Source: Eledone cirrhosa (lineage: Eukaryota). Taken from it: a stretch of DNA of 64,000 bases. The stretch lies in contig OZ024741.1 of NCBI GenBank assembly GCA_964016885.1, forward strand, positions 90,272,001-90,336,000. The letters run 5' to 3'. The translations under genes were made by a program, and so were the position numbers. Below the pieces are notes generated by a model that saw nothing but the letters and a program-made list of their open reading frames with translations, made no database searches and was not told the DNA's origin. Below are positions 11,341-25,271 of this stretch, one piece after another (position 1 is the first letter of the stretch; each line of letters opens with the position of its first letter).

Positions 11341-12689
11341 TACTTTCTGGTATTCTCTTCGTGTCATACACTATAATCATCCATACGTTATCATCACCCA
11401 TACTGCTTTAATCACAATACTATCCTCACTGCTTTTATAATCACCACTACTGCTATAGCCACACCCTAACTATTACATCTATAATCCCACCACATTCAAG
11501 TAGACTCAATAATAGTTTCTGATTTTAGCAGAAGGCCAACAATTTTATAGGAACAAGAAAGTCGATTAAATCAACTCCGGTACGTTACTGGTACTTTATC
11601 TTATCAACCCCGTAACTAACCTTTAAATCATAATATAAAGGGACGTAACTATATGCCGCAAAGCACACTTAATAATAACATTTCTGATCAGACTTATAAG
11701 CAAATATATTGTCTGTGAACATCAAGTTTTATTTTACCTTTTTAAAACATAGTGTATCAATAAATATCCTTGCCCTTTTAAAGACAGTAGGATGTGAATT
11801 GAGAGAGATTTAGTTGTTATTTATAATAGGTCAAATAACCATGTAGAAACCCATTGCTTCGTGAAAACCTTTAGTTCAGTTGGATTTGGTTATATAGAAG
11901 TAGAAGTTTTCCCTGAAGCTAAAAAGTTAAGTATTTAGTAAATAGTGTTATATTTAATCTGCTTATCTCTTGTTTTGACTCTACTTACCGACAACTCTTC
12001 TCCTCAGCTCAAATACGTTAGTTCTGGCTGGCATTATGCCATCTACAAATTCTTGTTGTGACATGAAGAAAAATAACCAATTACCAATAATAAAACAGAA
12101 AGACAAATATGAGATATTCTAGGCAGAGGAGGAGAAACAATGCCCCCTTGCAGTTCAAAGTGGAGGAGTTAGGGACAACTTAGTGAGCTTATCCCTAAAT
12201 CCCATTCATCCAAAATTACTTTTTTGTGTGCCTGACTCTTAAATATAAATATGGTAATTAAATCCTTTCAATCCATCCGTTAAAGAATGATATATATATA
12301 TATATATAACCATTGTCACTCAATTAAGTATGACCTGGTAGTAAGTGCCGTGTCTTTGCAACGCGTTTTAGGTTCTCATATAGTTGCAAACGAAGACAGA
12401 CATCGTCTCGATTCTCCCTCCTTTGATTCAGTAGAATATATATTATGTGACAGCATTCGGCTGCACCAACACTGGGATGCTACTTTCTTTATAGATCCCA
12501 CAAAAGCTGAAAGGCCAAGTGAATCTCAGCGTGATTTGACCTCAGAACATAAAGACCTAGAACAAATATCTAATATTTTAACAACTCTTCCAGTTCGAAC
12601 GTTTGTATATATATATATATATATATATACACTCACGCGTGCACACGCGCACACTCACATATATATACGAGGAAGAGATATAGAGGAAG

Positions 12690-12850
12690 AGTCGACCCCA
12701 GTATTTGACTGGTACTTTTTTCAACAACCTCGAATGGTTTTCAATAACCTCGAAAGGCAAAGTTGACCTCGGCGGAATTTGAGCTCAGAGAGCAGAAGGT
12801 CAGATACCGCAAACCATTCTATCCGATGTTTTAACGACTAATTTGCCGCC
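12690..12850 (-). mobile_element. Degenerate family A-related SINE
   Basis: GTCGACCCCAGTATTTGACTGGTACTT..GAAAGGCAAAGTTGACCTCGGCGGAATTTGAGCTCAG. Confidence 0.7.
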
Positions 12851-13664
12851 TGTGGTTATATGCATATAAGTGTTTGCTGTTAGGAAGAGCATCCAGCCGT
12901 AGAAACCAGGCCAAAATATAGATCCGTACATGACAACCCATCTAACTCATGTAATCGTGGAAAATGGGCACTAAACGATGATGTTGCTGATGTATATGTT
13001 CATGATTCTCATCGGGACAAAAGTGACATCGGTGGGTTCCGGATCTTCGTTTGAGTATTAATCAGAATCTGGCTAACAAGTCACAGTTCATCTTCCTTCA
13101 TTAGACACTTCAAATGTTGCCACCTAAATGACTAAGACGTCTGACCTACTCTGGTTTTATATTCTAGATAACCATCGCTAATGAATTGACTATATATATA
13201 AAACCATGCTCATCACAGTCGTCCGGCATATGACAGATGCATGGTTTGATTCCCACAGGTGTCTGTCTCAACCATCTATAGAGGTACTTTACTCATCTAA
13301 TTCAACTGTTATTTATAGTTTATTTGCATTGTGGAGGATTTTCAAAAAGCAAAGTCTCTCTAGCTTTCACATTTTCCCATTGCGTAATATATCAATGTTA
13401 GGATTTATAACCATTTTAGAACTCGATGTAGTTTTGACATGATTGTTCTATCGAAGCAAAGTGAAATTTGTTTTTGTGCAAATATGATATCCCCGTATAT
13501 ATTGACGAGTATTCAAAACTATAGAGTCAGGTATAATAATGTTAAACAATGAATGATATAACTGCACAACGATTATTTTACACTATAAAACAATCATAGG
13601 GCCAGCAATTAATTAACTATTTATTCTTTCATTGTTTAACTCTGTCTATCTGTCTGTATGTCAG

Positions 13665-14185
13665 TCAGGTCACTCTCGAGTGCTACTGGTAACATGTAAC
13701 CCAATACAGCCTGTCTCATGGTCGGGTCGTCGGCAACTAAACTGGCAACCCCACCAAGTTAGCTTGGTGAGGAGGGTGATATTTGGACACCCTGCGGAAA
13801 GAAATACCAGACCCTGCAAAGGACGGAGGACTTCAGCAGAGTCACCGGCCATCCAGATAGCACTATTTTTCCTTCTGGGAGTGAAAGGCCCCAGTTATTG
13901 TCACAACACCTTTCTAGGAGAGGGAAACTCTGACAAAAAAACCAAAAAAACCTGCGGCTTCGGAAGCATCCGATGATGTTGACCAGTTCTCCTTTTCGGG
14001 CAGTGTTTTCTATGTTCAAAGAGTGAAATTGGTCGAGTGCAAGGCCTTTCCCCATTTAAAAAAACCTTCAAAGCACAGGCATTGCTTGTTCAGGATATGT
14101 TACAGGTTCGTGTGGCTGGCCGTAGCCTAAAAGTGCACCAGTTTCTGTAATCTGACAAGCGATTGCAATACTCTTAGTAGAGTTT
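13665..14185 (+). mobile_element. Non-autonomous element carrying an RTE-type 5' UTR motif
   Basis: CTAGGAGAGGGAAACTCTGA...CATCCGATGATGTTGACCAGTTC; a homologous copy lies at 42225-42625. The AGGAGAAGGAAAACTCTGA motif is one I recall from RTE 5' regions. Confidence 0.55.
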
Positions 14186-14225
14186 GCAGCCATCATGTAT
14201 GTCTGTCTGAATGTGTGTGTGTATG

Positions 14226-14256
<31 letters not shown>

Positions 14257-15283
14257 GTGTGTGATATAATCATCACTCTCTCAATATATAATCATCACTC
14301 ATACATATATGCTAAAAGAAACCGAAAAAATGACAGGAGGGGGAAAAGTTCCCAGCCAGATTTCAACTTGGAAGAGTGAAAGCGTAATCCAGTCCTAACC
14401 GGAAACATGTCTACACACACTCTGTGTCAACTATGACATACCGTCTTAAGAAAACATAGATAATGTCAACCATAATTCTCTCTCTGTTCTTTAGAGCTGG
14501 CGGCTATTTTCAACATCAACAACAAGGATTTTATCATTTTTTTTTTTAAGTTTGGAATTTCATCGCTGCAAGAAGAGTTATAGTTGTTTTTAAATTCCAT
14601 TCTTTACCCTGACTGTCCCTCTTATTTGATTAGCCTTTTTTCTGACTGCAGATAAAAAAAACCCATTCCAAAGCAAAACGAACAAATTTCTTACTCTTGT
14701 GTGTGTATATGTGTTTATAATAAACAAAAGAGGGCCAGCTGTTTCTCCTCCATGCTTAAATTCATATTTAACTAGATGATGAGGGGGTTCTTTCTCTCAG
14801 GCTTTTTCTATGCTGTTTGCTTTTTAATGACTATATGCAATTTTGGATTAGTTTTCCTTTTCTTTATTTCTTTGTTTGTACAAACACGTACACATAGAAT
14901 TTATCTTTATGGTTCCTTTCTTTTTTTTATATATATTTTTACAATTATTTATTTTCTTGTTTTTCTAATTAGATTTAACGTTAAATTCCGCACATTAAAA
15001 GGTGTGTGTGTGCGCGCGTTCGCGCGCGCATGTACAATATACTTGCATGTCCAATGAGATTCCTAATATTAATTGGTAGAAGCAGAGAGGGATATATTAC
15101 TAACTACTTTACAAGGCCATCATAATCGGTGTTGGACGTGGAAAGAATCGGATGAATGATTGAAACAGAAGAATCTGCTAAAGGCCACCAAAGGTTAGGT
15201 ATATGTATGTTTGTGTATGTTTGTGTGTAATATAGCTCCATTAACTTTTGATCTTAGATTCTGCTATAACATTCAACTCAATA

Positions 15284-16265
15284 TCTGTATATATATAAGT
15301 ATGTGTGTGTGTATCTGTGTGTCTGTGTATTACCTATAGGGGCCTACATCTTACGACCGATTTTCATGAAACTTTACAGGCTCATAGATTAGTCATCGGG
15401 GAGTGTTTTCTATATATCAGCGTATGGTTTTTTTTTTTTTATTCCGGGGTCATTCTGCAGATAAAAATCGATAGGGGGTTCACCTTTTTTTAGGTATCGA
15501 AAAATAAGATTTTTGGCTCTAGCTCCCACATTTTGCCACCGATTTCGTTCAAATTTTAAAGCAAAATAGAATTTATCATTGCACATCCTATATTTTGCAT
15601 TTGTTGTTCAGGGACGGCGTCGCAGCCGCTTAAATATTCAAAAATACCACTTTTAGACTCAAATTTCCATTTTTTTCGGCTCTAGCTCCCACATTAATCA
15701 ACCTACTTTGTTCAAATTTTACACTACACTAGATCTGATTATTTCACGTCTTAAAGTGGCTTTACATTTTTTTTTGTTTTTTTTTTGTTCAGGAACGGCG
15801 TGGCAGCCGCTTAAATATTCGAAAATACCACCTTTTCGCTCAAATTTCTGTCTTTTCGGCTCTAGCTCCCACATTTTTCAACCGATTTCGTTCAAATTCG
15901 CAACTTCAGCTCCACCTCACACATAAATCAAATTATTTGGTTCAACTTTTATACTACGATAGAACCTATCATTGCACATCTTATAGATGGTCAAAGGCAA
16001 AACGATGGCCACTGACGTCATCTCAGCTTTTAGTTGTGTATTTGAGAATTCATCGGTTTCCAATCAAGTAGCGTGAGGAAATTTGGCTTAGTGTTAGAGG
16101 TCATTACCTTCCTCCCCCAACATGCCCCTTCGTCAGTCACCCGCGTTTCTCAGTGATAGAGGTCATCACCACCCTCCCCCGCATGGCCTGTGTGTGGCCA
16201 TAGATGAGTCATCGAGAAGCAGATATTAATTTACCTACCCAGGCAACGCTGGGTACTGCTGCTAG
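15284..16265 (+). mobile_element. Non-autonomous Helitron
   Basis: 5' TC after A15283. 3' hairpin CCCAGGCAACGCTGGG, then CTAG (16262-16265) followed by T, giving an A|T target with no TSD. Internal imperfect repeats (GGCTCTAGCTCCCACATT) at ~15515, ~15678 and ~15858. Confidence 0.8.
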
Positions 16266-16629
16266 TACAATATAAACGTGAATAAAGTCTACATTTATTT
16301 TTACCATATTAACATAGGGTTGGATTGATATATAGATTTAGACAATTGCCTGATTTAAAAAACCCCCCAGTAATTGCCTTGTTGGTAGCAGCCAGTTATT
16401 TCATTTTGTAATGTGCGAATATGAGAGCTGCTTGTATGATTTTAGGAGGATTGCTGCGAAACCACGAGGGCCAGTTGCTGAATTTAGTCTCATTTTGTTT
16501 ATGGCTGATCATCTTTATATCTATGTAGTTAATGATTGCCATTTCTCTGTGTAATGCAGTGGTATTGAAGAATTCAACTGGCTTATTCATTTGCATGTGA
16601 CTCATTGGAAGTGTAAAAACACTTTTATA

Positions 16630-17990
16630 TTGTTCATTTAGTGCCTCACTTATCTCTCGGGAGTCTGCTCTCAGTGAGTCACTTTTATGGAAAGGTGGCT
16701 CTATCCTGTAGTGGACCGAGACGGTCTTTTTGGAGAAGGCCTGGTTCGTCTTTGATTTTCCTGGCTTTCCCTGGCTTCTCTTTCTGCTCTCTCATTTTTA
16801 TGGGAGAGTTTGAGTTCATTTTCAGTTTGAAACTGCCTGGTTCCTTGCTTCAAATGGGATTCCGTCTTGTTCCTTACTTGTGTATGTAGCCGGTTTGAGC
16901 TCTTCGTTTTTCTTCTCATAAGGATTCTCCTGTCTCTGGGAATAATATTCTTGTGTCTGTTAGCCTTGCTTTCCGAGGCAAACGTGGAGCATATGGCTTG
17001 TATTATGGCTTGTATTATTTCCATGAATTGCTCAAGTTGTATGTTGACATCTTCTGTAAAGAGACTGTCGGTTCAGTTTTGCCTCTGACATTTAGTAGTA
17101 GCACTGATGTGACATTTCAGGTGTTTGAAGTGGCTCCTGACATGGCATTTGCGTGGGTATCATTGGTGGCCACCCTGGGTCCTTTATTTGTGGTGGTCGC
17201 GAGTGTTGATGTGACTGACTCCGTCTTTGTACCTGATGAAGCCAAGTCAGCTGTCTCACAATATTTTCCGCTATTTAAAAAGAAAACTATTGTTCTGCAG
17301 CTACAGTCTGTACTGTTTCCATATATTGTCTCCTCTTCATCAGGGCAGTACGTGCAACGTAAATACCCTTTATCTTGTTTTGGCTTGGGTAGTTGGCATG
17401 AGCAGGTTGGCCGCAGCTTGCATAGAGTCTGGGGTGTACAAAATTGCAGCCTGTCCCAGCTTCTCTATGCCAGCAGGTTCCTTTCTTGTAGAACTTACAG
17501 AATACTGGGACTGTCTTTTCCCCCAAGGTCTCTGTTTTTCTTAGTTCTAGTCTTCTTCACCTTAGCATCTATCCACTGGTCATCTCATGTCTGTTTATTT
17601 ATGTTTTTCTTCTTATTGGGGTCTGCCTGGTGGGTCTTTAGTTTACTTTTGCTGAATTCCAGTATTTCATTTTCTTTTTCATCTTCTTCACTGATGTTGA
17701 CTACGTCTCAAGCCATCTCTCTCTCACCAGCTTTCAGATCCTTCTGGGCTTCAGTGCGTCATTTGTGGATCGTTTTGTTTTCTTTTTCGTCTTCTTTCTG
17801 TGAAAATGTACCTCAGCTGATCCATGTGTAACCTAATAAGCGTATAGGCACGAAAACAATTCATTCTTTTTACGTTATATCAGCGCCAACGTTCTCAGAA
17901 AGACACAGCCCTGCAGGGTCTCTTTAATTAGTTTGTTTGAAAGGGATCCATTAGCTGAACTCCATGCAATGAGCATAAGTTTTAGTTCCT
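16630..17990 (-). mobile_element. Internally deleted LINE (CR1/L2-group-like): ORF1 with CCCH zinc finger plus an ORF2 piece
   Basis: CKFYKKGTCWHREAGTGCNFVHP (CCCH-type finger) after a Lys/Glu-rich stretch. Downstream IIQAIC..KNIIPRDRRILMRRKTK resembles a LINE ORF2 endonuclease-RT linker. Confidence 0.55.
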
Positions 17991-18729
17991 TTAGTTTCCA
18001 GTTTCGGTGATTTCGGATTTCATCTATCTAAACATTTGCATTGTCTTCCATATTCCAATTATAATAATCAATTAATTATTAAAAATAAAACGAAATGCAA
18101 TAACTACCTCAGAAAATAAAATGTATGTATATATTATATATATATAGCGGAACAGATGGTGGTGTTGGTAGTTGATTGTGTTACGGTGTTGATTCATTTG
18201 TTGCGTGTGTGCTCACTTATAGATTGTCCGTTGAAAAGAACAAATTACTGATACGCACACACACGCACATGTATATTCACATGTATATATGTGTGTGTGT
18301 ATGTTGTTGTCTAGCCCCAAATCAAAATCAACCCATTTCAACTATGACCATCCTATCTTTTTTTCAGACTGTTTTTATCCAACAAGTTCTCTATCGATCA
18401 TTTGATCTGCAAGAAATAGCAGTCTAATCTCATTCAACTCCTGCTGTATTATCTTAAAGAAAAAAAGAATACCTGAAAACATTTTGTGTGCATGTTGTGT
18501 GTGTGTGTGTATATGTGTCCATGTATATTGTGGTATCAAGTTCCGCAGATTGTTTAGGCATTAAATTGTGCATATCCAATTAAAATATCTAAGCAGTTAG
18601 TTGAGCAATATAAGTAATTAGATTGATTAAACCTAAAACAAATGTTAACTTACATTTAATAACACATTCTAAATAGTGTTCCTTAATACTTTCATTTGAA
18701 TTTTCATTTGATTATTGTACATATTAATA

Positions 18730-19080
18730 ATGATATACACATATACACACACACATACATACAGAAACACACATACATACAGATACATACATATACATAC
18801 AGAAACACACATATACATACCGAAACACACATATACATACAGAAACACACACATGCATACACACCTGCATACAGACACAGACACATATGCACACACATAC
18901 GGACACACACACACACAGATACAGACACACAAATACCCTCGTACATAACAAGGCACACATAAATGCACTCACACATACATACACATGCATGTACACATAC
19001 ACATACACACACACCATACAGACACACACATATGCAGACACAGACAACTACACACACATACTGACACTCGCATACATGCT
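18730..19080. repeat. (CA)/(CATA)-rich compound microsatellite
   Basis: Directly visible. Confidence 0.9.
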
Positions 19081-21454
19081 TATATTTCTTTAATACAGAG
19101 CACAAATCTCAAGAGTTGACTGTCTTAACAATTTATGGACTCTGTTTCAAGACTTGATTATCTTTGACAATGGATTGACACTGTCTTGAGAGTTCAGTAT
19201 CTTTTTTTTTTTGTCTGTTTAGTCAAGGAAGGAAGAATAAGGCAGCAAATTAGTAGATTTGTGAGAATGTTGGACAGAATACTTTGCAGTATTTATTCTG
19301 GCTCTCTTCACTCTGAGTTCAAATCTCACTGAGGTCAAACCAGTCTTTCATCCTTTCAAACTAAATTTAAAAAATGCCAGTTCAGTACTAGGGTTCAATC
19401 TTCCTCTATATCGTTTTCTCACTTCCTCTCCTTTTCTAGAAGAAATAGGCTGTGTTCAAACCTGGAGAGGGGATGGTCTTCACCAGGTTTAAAATGGCGA
19501 AGAAATACCATATATCAATACAGCAACCCTACAGCTCCATAAGATGTTACAGGTCCATATATTCACACATACACACAATGAGGGAAGAACAGTACCTGCA
19601 AACATTTTCAGAACATCTTAGACTGGTGGAATTGAGGCAGGTCAGTATCCTGAAATCAGAACCTTTGCTTGAATGCAAATCAAGTTTAATCAAGTGGACT
19701 CTGTTAATGTCAACTAAAGGCCAGGTGGATGTCATAAAACAAGTATCAGCTTAAGTCTATCACCTAAATAGACCACAGAAGGACCACAGAATGCAAAGAG
19801 CGGGATTAAATTTGTCAATATATTTTGTTCTATGCCAATTGACTCTACCTTTCTATGTTTCACATAAACGGTATTCCATGCAATATAGTGGTTTGATGGA
19901 TGAAGATCAGTGGAATGGGCACCATACTTAAAAATATATAGGGTTAGATTTCAGAAAGGGCATCTGGTCAATTGACAGTACCTTCATCTTATGCACTTGC
20001 AAGCCCCTGTCAAGGATCACTCCTGTAGTGCTATTTCTCCTTTCACACACACTGCAAAAGTTTCACAAACACCCTGGAAACACCAGGGCAATGTTTGTAA
20101 ATTCATACAATTCCAGTTTTCTATTTCCTTTGCAAATATTTATAACAGGTTATTTTAACCATGTCTTGTTTTGCATAATTCTTTGGGTAGCACATTTGTC
20201 TTACCCTTTGGATGCCTGTAGAGTTTATCTGATAAAATTCCAATCCACCATATGTCAGGCACTATTTATCAGTGCTGGAACTTTTGCAAGAGCTGCAAAA
20301 GTTTAAAGGACAAGCAAGAACGAAACATGCTTGTTAGTACGCTGCTTAAAATGTTAAAAGGAAATAGGTAGGAACTTAATATTCTGAAGCCAGTGAAAGT
20401 AATATATTCACAAATGGTTAGTGGGGACTTTAACCATTCAATCCATTATCTGAATTTCTAAAACCATCTATGTTTATAAGGGTGAAGACAAAAATAATTG
20501 TTCTGGTTTTGTTTTATTATTCCCATTTTAAACACCACAACAGTAACTGCATTTAACAGCCTATAAACCAATTTTCACAATGAAAGCACAGTGAATTTAA
20601 AGTAATTCAAAGGTAATGAATGAATATAAAACTGTTCAATCAGCTTTTATGTTGGGAACCTCTAAGCAAAGTACTCATTTCTGGTTTTGTTATAGTTGTT
20701 ATTTAATTTCGGATCAATCTTGATTCAACAAATTATAAGCATTGCAGCATTGGGTTTCCTGTTTATTTCCCAGATATAATGTATTAGTGACTACCCATTA
20801 GCCAATGTGTCCTTTTTAAAAATATACTAGGTGTGATTTGCTTATTTCTAGCAAATATTATTCATAGCAGCTCCCTAACGCTCATAAATAAAAGCTCCTG
20901 ACAGCTTCTTTTTGTCTTCTTACAGATAATTTGGCTGGTATCAGCTGCCCATATCAAAATATTTAAAATAATTAAGAATTTTCATAAATAACCAGTGGGT
21001 TAAAAATACAGACAAACAAACAAAACAGAAATCTGGTGACTAAATAATTCATTATCCATGTAAAATGCCACTTTATATGCCATTTGAGTCATTTAAATGG
21101 TGGCTTAGTAACAGATTTCAGAGCTCATTATAGCACTGCAGCATTGTTGGCGTAAAGGAAATTGGAGGTAAAGAACAGAGAGATGCTTTTTTGTTGCTGA
21201 TGTTTTAGCTGCTGCCTTTTTTTATATATTGATATTAATCCTATGTTGTGATGCTCGTGATGCTCTTGTTGAGATTATATATAAATTATTGTTGGAGATA
21301 TTTTTGCTTTAGTTACAACTATTCTTAGTCCTGATATTGATAAAATTCCTGTTACTTTTCTTGTTAGTATTATGGTTTCAGCTGCTATGATTGATGCAGT
21401 TTTTTGTTATTTTTGTATACCTATATGTATATATGCATATGTGTATATGTATCT

Positions 21455-22310
21455 ATCATCATTATTGTTTAATGTCCATTTTCCATGCTAGCATGGGTTA
21501 AACGGGTTGTTCCATTAGAGGCAAGTTAGGTCAGGTGAATGTGTCTTGCCCATATAGAACTATTTCTGGCTAGATTTCTATAGCTGGATGCCCTTCCTAT
21601 GGCCAACCAAATTTACAGTGTGTACTGGGTGTTTTTTCTGGTGACACCTACACGACCACTTACAGTGTGGGCTGGATGCTTTTTGTTCTGATACCTGCAC
21701 GACCACTTCAGTGTGGGTGGGTGCTTGTGTTGTGACTCTTTCACGACCACTTTAATGTTTGAATCCGTGTGCATGGGAAGGCGTTTCTTCTGTATTACTA
21801 CATAACATTAAAGATCTCAATCCTGTGTTATTGTCTTTGAGAGGTGTAATTGCGCAAGATCATCTTTTATCTCCTTATCCCTGGTCTTTCTGGGTTTTCC
21901 TACTCCATAGCGTCCATCAATTTTGATTGCCCTGCAACTTTTTATACAGCTGTTGTCTTTCATACGCATCACATGACCATACCAATGCAATCTCTTCTCT
22001 AGTATACAGCATCTGATCCCTCTTATGCCTAATTTCTCTTAGTCCATTTACACTTTGCTATTCATGTATATTACTATTACACATCCATTGGAACATGCAT
22101 GCTTTATTTCTTTCCAATCTTCACAGGTCCTCTGCATACAGTGCCCAGGTCTCACTACCGTGTAACATTTCTGTTTGCATACATGCATTGTAAAATCTGC
22201 CCTTAATTTTAAGGGAAAAGTCTTTTGTAGCTGACAGCGGTAGTAGCTCTCTGAACTTTCTCCATCCCATTTTTACTCTGGCTACTGTACTTTCAGAACA
22301 CCCTGCTCCA
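21455..22310 (-). mobile_element. RTE LINE 3' fragment (family of 49345-51435 and 52201-53837)
   Basis: The - strand gives GCSESTVARVKMGWRKFRELLPLSATK..MLHGSETWALYAEDL..WYGHVMRMKD. The 3' UTR has AAGGGCATCCAGC and a (GAT)n-like tail. Confidence 0.85.
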
Positions 22311-23724
22311 TTTATGTATGCATGTATGTGTATCTCTTATTGACAGGGCAAGAAACAAGCTAAACATGAGTTTGTTTTTCTTTTGTTGCCAATGTCGATC
22401 TGTTTGATTTAGCATGGATACATGCCTGATTACCTGTAAGATATAGATGTCTGCTTGTTATTTGATCTCGTCTTGCTTTGCATTCCATTTTCTCGCCACT
22501 CTTTGCTCTTCTGATAAACTACCTCTTTTCTTTCACAACAGTCTTTCACATCTTCTCAAGACATAGAGGATGTTCTCAGTGAGCATTGGCACATTGAGTC
22601 TGTTTCTGAACTGATGGAGAGTCAGAAATCCTGGTATCACAAGAAGGCATTGTTTGCAAAGCAGTTGCTGATTTGCTTGTTGAAGATGCTACACAAAGGA
22701 TATTAAATGTTCACAGTGAGATCTCAGAAAACAAGATTGACATTTTTTCCTCTTCATTAGTCAGACTCAAAGAATTATATATTTCCATTGATATTCATTT
22801 AGGTGCCAAATGCAGGTGTAGCACACTCATAGATAACTATGCAGATTTAACAGCTGCAGACTGTCAAGAAATCAGATATCACTAGTATAATTAAGTGGGC
22901 CATGACTAAAAGTGAAGTCAGTGTGTCTTGGCTGTGGTTATGGGTATATAACATTTTATTTATAAATGGTGTACCATGCATTATTATTGCACTATAAAGA
23001 AGTAGAGCAAACCACGGCAGTGTATTATGTGTGTATTATGTAATTTTCTCCATTTCATAAACATTCAAATATGTGCTTTATACCAGAAATTGTAATTCAT
23101 ATAATTAAAATTTGGAGGAAATTGTGTGTATAAGCCAGGGTAGCCAGAGTATTGTGTTACATTTTTTTTTATTGCACGTGATTAAATAAATATAATGCAA
23201 TTATCAAGTATACAGAACTGAGTTCATTAACATGGGGTCAACTTGTACAAAGCTACAAAAGGATTTGTTTACATGTAGTTTTATTCGATTTATTACAAGG
23301 GAAAATTTTTTAGTTTATAATATATCAATGAAAATGTCATTGAAGCCTATATGCCACACCTACATTTTACACAAACTAGGATGTAGATGTAGCCAAGTAG
23401 TCGGTTAAGAATGGTGTGACATATCTATTAATGTGACTTATATACAAATATAAGTCATACTAGTATACAGTATACGATGGAACATAAGGAAGAGCTAGTT
23501 CTAGGAAGAAATAGAGTTAAACTGACCCCAAGAAACTGAGTCACATGATAAAAATGACAAAGGACTGAGATGAATGTCGGTTCACTGTGCTGGAAAAGAC
23601 TCGCTTCTTAATGAAAGCAAGACAATCTTTACAATCCTCTTGAGTTTATTAATCTACCCTTCTGCTACAGACACATTCCTATACTTTTTGTTATATCTCA
23701 CCCTCCTCTGATTACATTCACATA

Positions 23725-23905
23725 CAGGTAAAATTCCTTTATAACAAATACCATTATAACAAATACCATTATAACAAATTTTTCAGTATAACAAAATTCT
23801 TTGTTATACACTTGATGTGTTAGGTCAATCTCGTTATAAAGAATTTTTCGAAACAACGAATTTTTTTTATAAACCCGTGAATTTCGTTATAACGGAATTT
23901 CACTG
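23725..23905. mobile_element. Tc1/mariner (Tigger/pogo-like) MITE
   Basis: Terminal inverted repeats CAG(G)TAAAATTCCTTTATAACAAA / TTTCGTTATAACGGAATTTCACTG with TA on both sides. Confidence 0.75.
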
Positions 23906-24025
23906 TACTTCTTGCAGACGAATACACTGCCCGATCCACTTATTACAATTGTATTCTCACTTCCCTGACCACTAAACCATGTGCCTTCATTGATACATAC
24001 TCGCACAAAGTAACACACACATGCT

Positions 24026-24084
<59 letters not shown>

Positions 24085-24088
24085 TACA

Positions 24089-24386
24089 CAGTGTACCCCA
24101 AGCATTTGCAGCCCCAGCATTCGCGGCGTTTCCCTTAGAACCACTGCATATTCACGGAATCGTAAATATCTTCCGCACTTTTTAATGCCTTATTTTGTGG
24201 CAAAATATAATTTTCATGCTTTTTAACGTTAAATTATTAACAATATATTGTATTTTCCAGCCTATATTTTACGTTATGTTTTGACATTTATAGGCATTTT
24301 TATGGAGCTTGTCAAATATTCATGGTTTTTCACTTTTCGCAGGTGCTTTAGGGACGTAACCCCCAAGAATACCAGGGGGCCAACTC
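24089..24386. mobile_element. Degenerate Tigger-like MITE
   Basis: Ends CAGTGTACCCC.. and ..CCCCAAGAATACCAGGGGGCCAACT are weakly inverted. Confidence 0.35.
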
Positions 24387-24410
24387 TCTCTCTATGTGTA
24401 TGTATATATA

Positions 24411-24625
24411 TAGGAAAAGAGTCAGGACCCCGATGACTGAGCTCCAGCCATTTCGATAGCTAGATCTGTCGAAACGGTCGGAGCTCAGCCGTCGGGGTCC
24501 TGACTCTTTTCCTATATATATATATATATATATATACTGACTCTTTTCCTATTACCCACTCTACTACCCTAAGTATCAAGTACTCTGGTGCGTTATGGTC
24601 CACGTGGTATATTATCACACCTTTG

Positions 24626-24630
<5 letters not shown>
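24411..24630 (+). mobile_element. PLE-derived fold-back element (half-hammerhead palindrome plus tail) in (TA)n
   Basis: Inverted repeat 24411-24514, then tail ATTACCCACTCTACTACCCTAAGTAT..GTACT.TGGTGCGTTATGGTCCAC shared with 35191-35390. Confidence 0.75.
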
Positions 24631-24662
<32 letters not shown>

Positions 24663-24663
<1 letters not shown>

Positions 24664-25220
24664 TAGCAGTGGTATCCGGCGTTGCACGGGATAAGGTATT
24701 TTGGAACGCTGGCCACCAACAGACCTAATCGTGGAAAAACTGCATGCCTGAACAATATGTAAAGAAAATAAACCGAATACTCTGATGGCTGGATAATCTT
24801 TAAGATTTTCCTCGATGAAGCAGGAAAAATGCAGGTTTTCACCTAGGGGATCAAGAAAATGAGTTTTTTTAATGTGCATAATATGACTTGAAATTTCGGG
24901 AAAATGGGCTAGACGTAGCGCCTCCAAAAAGCCGTAAAAAGCTGAAAAAATGCAGGCCCTAGGCCATAAAAAAGTTGGATTTTCTTTGCTCACGGTATGA
25001 ATAAGAGACTGACTAATACATAGTTACAATTTCAAGGAAATCGGCCTGACGTAACGCCTCAAAAAATCCCTAAAAAGCTTTAAAAACGCAGTTTTTCACC
25101 TAATGCGGGCCATAGGAGACCAAAAAGTTGAATTTTTTTATGTGCATAACACTCCTGAAACATAAGTAATACACATGTAAAGTTTGAAAAAATCGGTTGG
25201 GTACTTCTCGAGTTTTAGGG

Positions 25221-25271
<51 letters not shown>

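Noticed and set aside
13665-13750. Possible HDV-like ribozyme at the 5' end of the RTE-related element (CUAA followed by ACUGG)
   Set aside because: I could not build a consistent P1/P2/P3/P1.1 nested pseudoknot by eye. A descriptor search on the family consensus would be needed.
15075-15200. Candidate upstream 5'-UTR exon ending AAAG|GTTAGG
   Set aside because: A donor-like site alone is insufficient, and no promoter or transcript evidence is available.
16953-17831. 292-aa + strand ORF
   Set aside because: Antisense shadow of the - strand LINE relic; Phe/Ser/Leu-rich with no recognisable domain.
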